Source: an uncultured Bacteroides sp.
GTDB lineage: Bacteria > Bacteroidota > Bacteroidia > Bacteroidales > SM23-62
Direction: 5' to 3'
NCBI GenBank assembly: GCA_964627835.1
Contig: CAZVLG010000174.1
Span: forward strand, 1,455 to 65,454
Length of the DNA stretch: 64,000 nt
Under the pieces are notes generated by a model. That model did no database searches and had not been told where the DNA came from. It saw nothing but the letters and a program-made list of their open reading frames with translations. Shown one piece after another: positions 37,529 through 46,066 of the stretch (position 1 is its first letter; each line of letters opens with the position of its first letter). Made by a program: the position numbers and the translations under genes.

Positions 37529-39607
37529 TTACCTGAAAGCGGAATCTTCAAGCCCGGAATTGAAAACAACGCTGTCGACGGTCCCGGTGAGTACCTGGGG
37601 ACCGATACTGAATATAATTTCATGCGGATAAAGTATACCGCTAACCTCCCTGTAATCCCCGTATTTCGTAATCTGAACCATGGGTCCTTCGGGCGTCTCC
37701 TCCGTCATTTCCTCCCGGATCCTCAGGCTGGTTTCGGCATCGTACCAGGCCAGGCTTGTTCTCCCGGAGGGATCTTTAAATTCAAGTTTGTAAGCCTCTG
37801 TCCCGTCCACTTTTTCGATTGAAAGCAGGTTCAGGGCGTATCCTGCTCCCTGGTAATCCAGTTCCGGCATGAACTGTGCCTGGGTACGAAGGCCCTCAAG
37901 TTCCTCTCCTTCCAGTATCTGCTCGCCTCCCTGCATGTCGGCAGATTTGCCGATGGAGCCGTCATACGAGATTCTGGTTAACAGATACTCCCCCGCGGTC
38001 ATGCTCAGGAAGAATTTATCCGGTGCTTTTCGCAGGGTCTCCGATTCAATCTTCATCCCCTGCATGTCCATGGTCATTTTCACACGGATGTCGCTGAGGG
38101 ATTCAAGTTTTGATCTGCCCCCGATGGCGGTAAGGTAGTTCTCGATAACATCGCCGGCCGTGAGTTCTGAAGGCAGTGCCTCTGCCATGCCTGCAGGATC
38201 GATCCGATTGCCTTCGACGTCATAATAGTTGATGGTTTTTGTGTGTGAGAACGCCGTGAGTTTATCGGCGACCTCATCGGCTTTGCCAACAATGAGAATA
38301 TGGCAGTTATCAGGTTTCAGGTATTTCCGGGCCGCAGCCTGGATATCGTCGGGGCTAACGGCTGCAATGTACTTAAGGTAATTTGCATAATAATCAACCG
38401 GAAGGTCATAACGGGCTATGTTCAGGGCAAAACGGGCTACGGTGCCGGGTTGTTCAAGGGCAAGGGCAAATGTGCCGGACATATAGTTCTTGATTTTTTC
38501 AACTTCTTCCACCGGGGCCAGTTCGGTGCGAATCCTGTTCATTTCATAAAGTATTTGATATACAGCAGAATCGGTCACTTCATTTCGGACATCCGTTGAA
38601 ACAGAAAAACTGCCTATCCATTTATCCTGGCTGAGGAAGGAGTTGACCCCGTAAGTATAGGCATGATTTTCTCTTAAATTCTGGTCGAGCCTGGCAACGC
38701 TGCCGCCGAGCATCAGGTTCATTACCCTGGCATTCACGTAGTCTTCCATGCCGACCGTATATATTGCTGGATGGGCCACTTTCACAACGCTCTGGACTGC
38801 ATGGGGGCGGTCTACGATCGATACCTGAACGCTTTCAGGAGCCGTAGGTATGTCATACCGGTGTTGGGGAACCGTGCCCGCTTGCCATTCGCCAAAGTAC
38901 TTTCCGGTAAGTTTTTTGGCTTCTTTCAGATCGATATCCCCGACAATGGCCAGGTAGGCAATATTGGGCCTGAAATAGGTACGGTAAAAATCTTCGCACA
39001 TCTCCAGGGTAACCGACTCAACGGATGTTTCCGTCGTAACCTCCCCGTATGGATGGTCCTTCCCGTAAAGCAGGACATCTCTTACCACACCTGAAATCGA
39101 AGAAGGATCCGTTTTATTGAAGGCCAGTCCGGAAAGAGTTTGTTTCTTAATCTTATCAAGCTCATCCTGATTGAAAACAGGATTCAGCAGGATATCCGAC
39201 ATTAGATTCAGGAGTTTCTCGTTGTGTTTTTTGAGGGATGCACCGTACATCGAAGCCGAGGAGGTACTGAGTGAAGCGCCGATAAAATCAATCTCCTCAT
39301 CGATCTGGTCCTTGGTCCTGGTGGTGGTTGCCGTACCCAGAAGGTCGCCGGCAATGGTTGAATACCCCATACTGTCGCCTTCCGTGAAAGGATCTATGTC
39401 AAGCACCAGGGAATACGCAACCCTGGGGATCTTGTGGTTTTCCACCACAAAGACCTTCAAGCCGTTCTTCAATTCAAAGGAACTGTACTCCCCGATCTTT
39501 ATTTCGGGTGCCGGTCCCGGTTCCGGTGCCTTGCTGCGGTCGATCTGTGCAGACAGAACAAATGATAAGAGGAGAAGAAGTCCGGAGGATATATATCTGT
39601 AATTCAT
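37529..39607 (-). CDS. M16-family peptidase-like protein lacking the zinc motif, with extra C-terminal domain
   Basis: 692 aa with signal peptide and two M16-like lobes. The position of HxxEH reads GYSTIAGDLLG, so no zinc ligands are present. An extra ~235-aa C-terminal domain follows. Confidence 0.8.
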   Translation of the reverse strand: MNYRYISSGLLLLLSFVLSAQIDRSKAPEPGPAPEIKIGEYSSFELKNGLKVFVVENHKIPRVAYSLVLDIDPFTEGDSMGYSTIAGDLLGTATTTRTKDQIDEEIDFIGASLSTSSASMYGASLKKHNEKLLNLMSDILLNPVFNQDELDKIKKQTLSGLAFNKTDPSSISGVVRDVLLYGKDHPYGEVTTETSVESVTLEMCEDFYRTYFRPNIAYLAIVGDIDLKEAKKLTGKYFGEWQAGTVPQHRYDIPTAPESVQVSIVDRPHAVQSVVKVAHPAIYTVGMEDYVNARVMNLMLGGSVARLDQNLRENHAYTYGVNSFLSQDKWIGSFSVSTDVRNEVTDSAVYQILYEMNRIRTELAPVEEVEKIKNYMSGTFALALEQPGTVARFALNIARYDLPVDYYANYLKYIAAVSPDDIQAAARKYLKPDNCHILIVGKADEVADKLTAFSHTKTINYYDVEGNRIDPAGMAEALPSELTAGDVIENYLTAIGGRSKLESLSDIRVKMTMDMQGMKIESETLRKAPDKFFLSMTAGEYLLTRISYDGSIGKSADMQGGEQILEGEELEGLRTQAQFMPELDYQGAGYALNLLSIEKVDGTEAYKLEFKDPSGRTSLAWYDAETSLRIREEMTEETPEGPMVQITKYGDYREVSGILYPHEIIFSIGPQVLTGTVDSVVFNSGLEDSAFR

Positions 39608-39623
39608 CGTATTCGGGTTTTTA

Positions 39624-40952
39624 TTATTCTTGTTCTTTAGGCAGGTAATGAAGGACTACGCGATTTTCCGGAACAAGGTATTTTTTTGCCACGGCAACGA
39701 TATCTTCCGGTGTTACCGCGAGGTATTTATTGATTTCGGTATTGATCAGTCCGGGATCGCCGAAAAAAGTATAATAACTGGCCAGATTTTCAGATATGCC
39801 TGCCATGGTGGTATTCTGACTGATAAAATCGTTTTCGGTCTGGTTAAGCAGTTTCTGGAACTCCCTTTCGGTTAATCCCTCTTCCACAACCTTTCGTATC
39901 TCTTCGTCCATGGCGGCTTCGATTTCTTCAAGCGATACCCCGATGTTGGCAACTCCGTAAACGATGAACAACCCTGCATCTTCGAGGGTAAGCGGTACGG
40001 CGGTGCTTTGAAGAGCAAGCTGTTGATTGTCCACGAGTGATTTATAAAGCCGCGAGCTTTGTCCCCCGGCAAGAAGGGATTGCAGCATGCCCAGGGCGTA
40101 AGTGTCGGGATCGCCCATCCCGGGCATGCGGTAGGCGGTAAATATGGCGGGCAGTTGTATGTTGTCGTAGACGGTTTTCCGAAACTCTTTGGTGGACGGG
40201 GGTTCCTTTGCATCCGGCCGGTAGATCAGGTGGCCTCCGGAAGGGACCTCCCCAAAATAATCCTGTACGAGCTTCAGGGTATGTTCGTAGTCTAGGTCTC
40301 CGGCAATAACAAGCACCGCATTTTCCGGCACGTAGAAATGTTCATAGAATTCTATGAATTCATTAAGTTTTGCCTCGTCTATATACTGGATATTGCCGAT
40401 CGGCACCCAGTGATAGGGATGTTCATGAAAAGAATTGGAGAACACCTCTTCCTTGAATGACATATACGGCTGGTTATCATACGTTTCCCGGCGTTCCTCC
40501 TTAATGACATTTCGCTGGGTTTCAACACCCAGGCTGTCAATACGAAGATGCAGTAACCTTTCGGACTCCAGCCATAATCCCAGTTCAAGCTGATTGGATG
40601 GAAGGATCTCATAATACATGGTATAATCAAAAGAGGTCCCCGCATTGTTAACCCCACCGGCATTCTGAACGTAATTGTCGAAATCCCCCCGCTTGATGTA
40701 TTCCGAGCCTTCAAACATCAGGTGCTCAAAGAAGTGGGCAAAGCCGGTCCGGTCGGGTTGTTCATTCTTGGATCCCACATGGTAAGTAATATTTAAGGCC
40801 ACAATGGGTGTGCTGGGATCCCGGTGCAGGATTACATGAAGGCCGTTCTCCAGGTCAAATTCCCGGAATTCTATTTTATTTAATTGCCCGTATGAGAAAC
40901 TGTACAATGCAATCAGCAAGGGGACAAAGATTAACAGGGTTTTAAAACGCAT
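39624..40952 (-). CDS. M16 family zinc metallopeptidase (pitrilysin/insulinase-like)
   Basis: 442 aa with signal peptide. Inverted zinc motif HFFEHLMFEGS (HxxEH) plus a downstream glutamate region (NAGTSFDYTMY). Confidence 0.9.
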   Translation of the reverse strand: MRFKTLLIFVPLLIALYSFSYGQLNKIEFREFDLENGLHVILHRDPSTPIVALNITYHVGSKNEQPDRTGFAHFFEHLMFEGSEYIKRGDFDNYVQNAGGVNNAGTSFDYTMYYEILPSNQLELGLWLESERLLHLRIDSLGVETQRNVIKEERRETYDNQPYMSFKEEVFSNSFHEHPYHWVPIGNIQYIDEAKLNEFIEFYEHFYVPENAVLVIAGDLDYEHTLKLVQDYFGEVPSGGHLIYRPDAKEPPSTKEFRKTVYDNIQLPAIFTAYRMPGMGDPDTYALGMLQSLLAGGQSSRLYKSLVDNQQLALQSTAVPLTLEDAGLFIVYGVANIGVSLEEIEAAMDEEIRKVVEEGLTEREFQKLLNQTENDFISQNTTMAGISENLASYYTFFGDPGLINTEINKYLAVTPEDIVAVAKKYLVPENRVVLHYLPKEQE

Positions 40953-41000
40953 GATGAATAGAAGAATTGATGGAAGATCAAAATTATAAGAATTTATTTT

Positions 41001-41645
41001 TCAGGCATCAAGGAATCGGAAGAAAACATGGAGGAAAAGGAAAAAGATCCATTGAATGACCACGAAGTATCTCAGGAGCCTGTTTTCAATACGGATCCTG
41101 GCCAGCACGGTTGCAGCCGATATCCCGAGTGCGATGATGAACCATGCCAGGTAGTTTTGAAAGGGGATATGCTGATCCTGCCAGTTCCAGTAGTCGAGCT
41201 TCATGGCCACGGGTTCCATGGTATAGTCAAACAGGACCAATCCCAGAGCTGCCAGCACCGGAACGATCCAGGCGGCAGGACGGAGCGACCGGACCAGGGA
41301 GGTCATCCCCAGTACCAGCATGACCCAGTTGAATGGGATGATCAGGGGAACCTGCAGTACCTGTATTTTCATGGTGTTGCCGTAATGATAAACCCCGAAG
41401 ATTTCCCCGCTGGCCGTACCGAGCGCTTCCGCAAAAAAGGTTATCAACCAGGCCGCTGCAAAAAACAGCAGAAAAAACCCGGTCCTGTTCATCTTCAGTA
41501 TTTTTATAAATACAATGGCATTGGCAGCAAACAGAAAAAGATCTGTGATATATTCCGGGATAAAAGAAAGCGCAGGGACCAGATGGAGAAAAATCCCGAC
41601 CAGGAAAAACACCGCATATCCCGCTATAATTTTGTTTTCTGTCAT
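41001..41645 (-). CDS. DUF422-type carotenoid biosynthesis membrane protein (CruF-like, possible carotenoid 1',2'-hydratase)
   Basis: About 7 hydrophobic helices over ~214 aa, divergent from crtI. The ATG at 41645 (MTENKII) is preferred to the TTG at 41660 used by the track. The family call is from memory of PF04240-type proteins in crt clusters. Confidence 0.6.
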   Translation of the reverse strand: MTENKIIAGYAVFFLVGIFLHLVPALSFIPEYITDLFLFAANAIVFIKILKMNRTGFFLLFFAAAWLITFFAEALGTASGEIFGVYHYGNTMKIQVLQVPLIIPFNWVMLVLGMTSLVRSLRPAAWIVPVLAALGLVLFDYTMEPVAMKLDYWNWQDQHIPFQNYLAWFIIALGISAATVLARIRIENRLLRYFVVIQWIFFLFLHVFFRFLDA

Positions 41646-41651
41646 TTGATG

Positions 41652-41682
41652 CCTAAACAATTTGCCTGCAGGCTTGTTTAGG
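41652..41682. promoter_or_regulatory. 31-bp near-perfect palindrome CCTAAACAA-TTT-GCCTGCAGGC-TTGTTTAGG in the divergent crt promoter region
   Basis: 9-bp arms at 41652..41660 and 41674..41682 are exact reverse complements. The central GCCTGCAGGC (41664..41673) is itself a perfect 10-bp palindrome. Located 7 nt upstream of the minus-strand ATG and 36 nt upstream of the crtI ATG. Confidence 0.5.
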
Positions 41683-41717
41683 TTATCAAAAATAGTTTAT
41701 AATTTGGAAGTCGGGCA

Positions 41718-43196
41718 ATGAAAAAAACATTGGTCATAGGAGCCGGTTTCTCGGGACTATCAGCTGCCGCGCATCTGGCCAGGGAAGGATATGACGTGAC
41801 GGTGCTGGAGAAAAACCCTACGATAGGAGGCAGGGCGAGAAAATTTGAGGCCGAAGGGTTTCTTTTTGATATGGGCCCTTCCTGGTATTGGATGCCCGAG
41901 GTGTTTGAGAATTTCTTCAGGACATTCGGCCGCGAGGTCAGTGATTTTTATACCCTCGTGCGGCTTGATCCTGGGTACAGGATGATCTTTTCAAAGAAAG
42001 AACAAATCGATGTACCCGCCGGAACCGACGATCTTTACGGGGTTTTTGAAAGCATCGAACCGGGAAGTGCCGGGCGCCTGAAATCCTTTCTTGATCGTTC
42101 GGCCGTAAAATACGACATCGGCCTGAACAAAATGGTGCACCTCCCCGGCCGTTCTGTATTCGAGCTGTTCCGCCCGGACCTGATCAGAGGGATGTTGAAA
42201 ATGGATGTCCTCAAACCGCTCTCTCGTTCCGTACGAAAAGTTGCAAGCGATCCCAGGCTTGTGCAATTGCTGGAATTCCCCGTTCTTTTCCTGGGTGCGA
42301 CGGCCAGTGAAACGCCTGCATTGTATAGCCTGATGAACTATGCCGATCTTGTTCTCGGAACCTGGTACCCCATGGGGGGGATGCATAAAGTAGTGGAAGG
42401 CATGGCAGATCTTGCGTCATCCCTGGGTGTTAAAATCCTGACCTCCACCCCTGTATCGAAGATTGATGTTAGCAATGGCATGGTTTCTGGCATCATTGCA
42501 GGGGGGCAAAAATACGATGCCGATGTCCTTGTAGGTTCGGCAGATTATCATTTCATTGAGCAAAATCTCCTGCCCGAAAACTACCGGGGCTATACGAAGG
42601 AATACTGGGAAAGCAGGAAAATGGCGCCTTCGGCGCTGATGTTTTTTCTGGGACTCGATACGAAAGTCCCCAATCTCCTGCATCATAATCTTTTCTTCGA
42701 TGAGGATTACAGGGCGCATGCGGCAGATATTTACGACCATCCGGCCTGGCCGGAAAAACCGGCCATCTATGTTTCATGCACCTCCGTGACGGATCCTTCC
42801 GTGGCCCCTGAGGGGAAGGAAAACATTACCGTACTTATCCCTGTTGCCCCAGGATTGCAGGATACGGAAGAAATACGCGAAAGGTATTTCGATTATGTCA
42901 TGCAGAAACTGGAAATGCTCAGTGGAAAAGAATTGCGAAGCCATGTGATCCTGAAACGAAGTTATGCCCAGAGTGATTTTATTTCCGATTATAATGCGTT
43001 CCGGGGGAATGCCTATGGATTGGCCAACACACTCAGGCAGACAGCGATTCTTAAACCCAAGATGCGAAGTAAAAAAGTCCGTAATTTATTTTATGCCGGG
43101 CAATTAACGGTTCCCGGCCCAGGGGTTCCACCCGCACTGATCTCGGGAAAGGTGGTAGCCGGGGAAATAACCCGATATTTTCCCCCGGCAGGCTGA
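41718..43196 (+). CDS. crtI: phytoene desaturase
   Basis: 492 aa. FAD dinucleotide-binding motif VIGAGFSGLSAA...VTVLEKNPTIGGRA. C-terminal FYAGQLTVPGPGVPPALISG typical of CrtI. Confidence 0.92.
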   Translation: MKKTLVIGAGFSGLSAAAHLAREGYDVTVLEKNPTIGGRARKFEAEGFLFDMGPSWYWMPEVFENFFRTFGREVSDFYTLVRLDPGYRMIFSKKEQIDVPAGTDDLYGVFESIEPGSAGRLKSFLDRSAVKYDIGLNKMVHLPGRSVFELFRPDLIRGMLKMDVLKPLSRSVRKVASDPRLVQLLEFPVLFLGATASETPALYSLMNYADLVLGTWYPMGGMHKVVEGMADLASSLGVKILTSTPVSKIDVSNGMVSGIIAGGQKYDADVLVGSADYHFIEQNLLPENYRGYTKEYWESRKMAPSALMFFLGLDTKVPNLLHHNLFFDEDYRAHAADIYDHPAWPEKPAIYVSCTSVTDPSVAPEGKENITVLIPVAPGLQDTEEIRERYFDYVMQKLEMLSGKELRSHVILKRSYAQSDFISDYNAFRGNAYGLANTLRQTAILKPKMRSKKVRNLFYAGQLTVPGPGVPPALISGKVVAGEITRYFPPAG

Positions 43197-43251
43197 TGTA
43201 TAACCTGCGTTCGGCATCCGCATGCCAGGGTAACAATAAAAAAAATGCAAC

Positions 43252-44088
43252 GTGAAATATCTTTTTGACAACCTGTCCAGGGCCACCAGCAAAATGGCAA
43301 CTCGCCTTTACAGCACCTCCTTTTCGATGGGTACAAGAATGCTGGGGAGGCGTTACCGCGAGCCCATTTATGGGATCTACGGTTTTGTCCGTTTTGCCGA
43401 TGAAATTGTAGACACCTTCCATGAATTTGACAAGCCAAGATTGCTTGATAAATTCAAGAAAGACACCTACGAGGCGATCGATGAAGGCATCAGCCTGAAT
43501 CCGATACTGAACAGCTTCCAGCATGTTGTGAACCAATACAAGATTGACAGGGAGCTTATCGATACCTTCCTGAGAAGCATGGAAATGGACCTGGGGCTTC
43601 TGGAATATACCCGGGATAAATTCGAGGAATATGTGCTTGGTTCTGCCGAAGTGGTCGGGCTTATGTGCCTGAAGGTATTTTGTAATGGAGAAGAGGAAAA
43701 ATACCTGGCACTGAAGCCCAGCGCAATGAAACTGGGAGCCGCCTACCAGAAGATCAATTTTTTGCGGGACCTGAAAGCTGATTTTAAAGGTTTGAACAGA
43801 TCCTATTTTCCCGGAATAAACCTGGAGTCTTTTACGGATAAAGACAAACGCAGCATAGAGGCCGAGATCGAATCCGATTTTGCTGCCGGATTAAGAGGGA
43901 TCCGGGAACTTCCCAGGGAGGTGCTGTTCGGTGTATACATGAGTTATGTTTATTTTTACGCCCTTTTCAGGAAGATAAGGAAAACACCGGCCGAAAAAAT
44001 ATTGACCCAAAGAATACGGATATCCGATTCCGCGAAATACAGGCTCGTGATCGGATCGTATTTTAAATTCATAATAGGGAGGATTTGA
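43252..44088 (+). CDS. crtB: phytoene synthase
   Basis: 278 aa, GTG start. YSTSFSMG, YGFVRFADEIVD (Asp-rich motif 1) and YQKINFLRDLKADF regions typical of the squalene/phytoene synthase family. Confidence 0.9.
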   Translation: MKYLFDNLSRATSKMATRLYSTSFSMGTRMLGRRYREPIYGIYGFVRFADEIVDTFHEFDKPRLLDKFKKDTYEAIDEGISLNPILNSFQHVVNQYKIDRELIDTFLRSMEMDLGLLEYTRDKFEEYVLGSAEVVGLMCLKVFCNGEEEKYLALKPSAMKLGAAYQKINFLRDLKADFKGLNRSYFPGINLESFTDKDKRSIEAEIESDFAAGLRGIRELPREVLFGVYMSYVYFYALFRKIRKTPAEKILTQRIRISDSAKYRLVIGSYFKFIIGRI

Positions 44089-44612
44089 TGAACAAACGCA
44101 TGCTGCTGGTCCTGGTCTCAATAATGTCCCTGCTGTCGGTTCATGGCAGGGATGCCCATGCTTCGGCAAGGGAGCTTTTTTTTGTTGCGGGACAGGAAAC
44201 CTGCCGGGCAGAGGAGCTTCTTCGCGTCACGGAACAGGAAGGACATCAAAACCACGCAATGTATGCATACCATGGTGCTGCCTACACCATGCTGGCAGAC
44301 TGTGTACAGGGGCCCATGAAAAAATGGAAATATTTTAACCGCGGGAAACAAATCATTGAAGAAGCAATCCTTCTGGATCCGGAAGATCCGGAAATACGCT
44401 TCATACGTTTTATGGTGCAGGACCGCGCACCCGCTTTCCTTTCGTACGACAACCGTGATGAGGACCTGCCTGAGCTGATCCAGGCCATTCAAGGGAGAAC
44501 GGTCCAGGGACCGGGGCATGCCTTTCTTGTAAAAATGGCCCGGGCCATCGCTTCTTCGGATTACCCCGATAACGAACAGAGGAAAATCATCGAAGGATTG
44601 GTTAATCAATAA
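44085..44612 (+). CDS. hypothetical secreted protein embedded in the crt operon
   Basis: 175 aa. The ATG overlaps the crtB stop (ATGA at 44085..44088). N-terminal signal-like segment MLLVLVSIMSLLSVHG. No motif that I recognise. Confidence 0.6.
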   Translation: MMNKRMLLVLVSIMSLLSVHGRDAHASARELFFVAGQETCRAEELLRVTEQEGHQNHAMYAYHGAAYTMLADCVQGPMKKWKYFNRGKQIIEEAILLDPEDPEIRFIRFMVQDRAPAFLSYDNRDEDLPELIQAIQGRTVQGPGHAFLVKMARAIASSDYPDNEQRKIIEGLVNQ

Positions 44613-44622
44613 AAACCTGGAA

Positions 44623-45090
44623 ATGGAATGGTATCTTATTTTGATCATCGTGCTTGGAGCATTTTTTTTCATGGAATTCATGGCATGGTTCACCCATAAG
44701 TATGTTATGCACGGATTCCTCTGGGTCCTGCATCAGGATCACCATGTCCCCACCGGTAAACGATGGCAGAAAAACGATCTCTTTGCGTTGATGTTTGCAA
44801 TACCCAGCATGCTTCTCTGTGTCCTTGGCTCGATAGATAAGATTGACTACCGGTTCTGGATAGGCATCGGCATTGCCCTTTACGGGATTACCTATTTTTT
44901 ACTGCACGACACGCTTGTCCACGAGCGCACTCCGCTGCTGCGGAATGTAAACAATGCCTATTTCCGCGCCATTGTAAGTGCACATAATGACCACCACATC
45001 GGGAAAAAGAATTATGGTTTCGTGCTGATGTTCCCCTGGAAATATTTTAAAAAGGAAAATCAGAAAAACCTGAAACGTAAATCCTGGTAA
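44623..45090 (+). CDS. crtZ: beta-carotene 3-hydroxylase
   Basis: 155 aa. Four histidine boxes: HKYVMH, HQDHH, HDTLVH, HNDHH. Fatty-acid-hydroxylase superfamily, with CrtZ length. Confidence 0.88.
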   Translation: MEWYLILIIVLGAFFFMEFMAWFTHKYVMHGFLWVLHQDHHVPTGKRWQKNDLFALMFAIPSMLLCVLGSIDKIDYRFWIGIGIALYGITYFLLHDTLVHERTPLLRNVNNAYFRAIVSAHNDHHIGKKNYGFVLMFPWKYFKKENQKNLKRKSW

Positions 45091-45092
45091 GC

Positions 45093-45770
45093 TTGTCAAC
45101 CTATTTTATCATACTGGCTGCTGCAATTGTTTTTCCGGTTCTCCTGAGCTTCGATAAAAAAGTCGCCTTTTATCGCAGGTGGAAATACCTGTTCCCTGCC
45201 ATGTTCATCACGGCCTTCGTATTCATAGCGTGGGATGTTTTTTTTACCCGGAGAGGGGTCTGGGGATTTTCCCCCGAGCACCTGTCAGGACTGCATATTT
45301 TGTCAATTCCGGTGGAAGAATGGCTGTTCTTCCTGGTAATACCGTATGCATCCGTTTTTACCTTTGATGTTGTCAAAGCCTACTTCAAGGGGATGAAAGG
45401 ACAAAGGGCAGCCAGCCTGGTCAACCTTGTGCTTCTGGGACTGGCTTTTCTTGCGATGATACTTTTTCCCGGCCGTGCCTATACCTTTGCCACATTCTGC
45501 CTTATGGCCGTTCTGCTTGTCCTGCACCAGTGGATGCTGAAAAGTACCTGGATGTCCCGGTTCTATTTTTCCTACCTCCTGATACTCATTCCTTTTCTCC
45601 TTGTCAATGGAGTACTAACAGGAACTGCGGTGCCGGGCGAAGTCGTCTGGTATAACCCCGGCGAAATTATGGGCTTGCGAATAGCTACCATCCCCCTGGA
45701 AGATGTCTTTTATGGTTTCGACCTGATCCTGCTGAACATCACCCTGTATGAATTATTCCAACGATCTTAA
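45093..45770 (+). CDS. fused heterodimer-type lycopene cyclase (CrtYc-CrtYd)
   Basis: 225 aa, TTG start 3 nt after the crtZ stop. Polytopic membrane protein with two halves, each carrying the conserved P-x-E-E/D motif (IPVEEWLFF and IPLEDVFYGF). Confidence 0.8.
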   Translation: MSTYFIILAAAIVFPVLLSFDKKVAFYRRWKYLFPAMFITAFVFIAWDVFFTRRGVWGFSPEHLSGLHILSIPVEEWLFFLVIPYASVFTFDVVKAYFKGMKGQRAASLVNLVLLGLAFLAMILFPGRAYTFATFCLMAVLLVLHQWMLKSTWMSRFYFSYLLILIPFLLVNGVLTGTAVPGEVVWYNPGEIMGLRIATIPLEDVFYGFDLILLNITLYELFQRS

Positions 45771-46066
45771 TGGGTACGGCAGGCCTTGATGAATTCAGCT
45801 TCAATGGCTCCCGGATATTCGATGGTTCTGTAAAAATCATCGATGTAGCGGACAAGCTTTTGTTTCTCACTGTCGTTTAATTGGGGAACGGATTCAATGG
45901 TCCGGTAAACCTCTTACAAGCAGAAAATGAAGCAAAACAGCGAGGCAAATCCAGACCGGGTGTGCAGGTGTTTCCACGATTCACAGGTTTTAAAATGCTT
46001 ACCTATGCAATTTGGCAGAGATCCTGTTTGAAATCAGGCCGGGGAGTTAAGGCAATTTACAAAAAA

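Noticed and set aside
41028-41681. 217-aa plus-strand ORF antisense to the DUF422/CruF-like gene
   Set aside because: Its product is a highly charged low-complexity sequence. The minus-strand frame gives a coherent polytopic membrane protein in the expected crt context.
44118-44693. 191-aa minus-strand ORF opposite the 175-aa crt-operon ORF
   Set aside because: The plus-strand ORF is ATGA-coupled to crtB, fits exactly between crtB and crtZ, and has a signal-like N-terminus. The minus-strand ORF would run against the operon and overlap the crtZ start. Residual uncertainty remains because neither has a recognisable domain.
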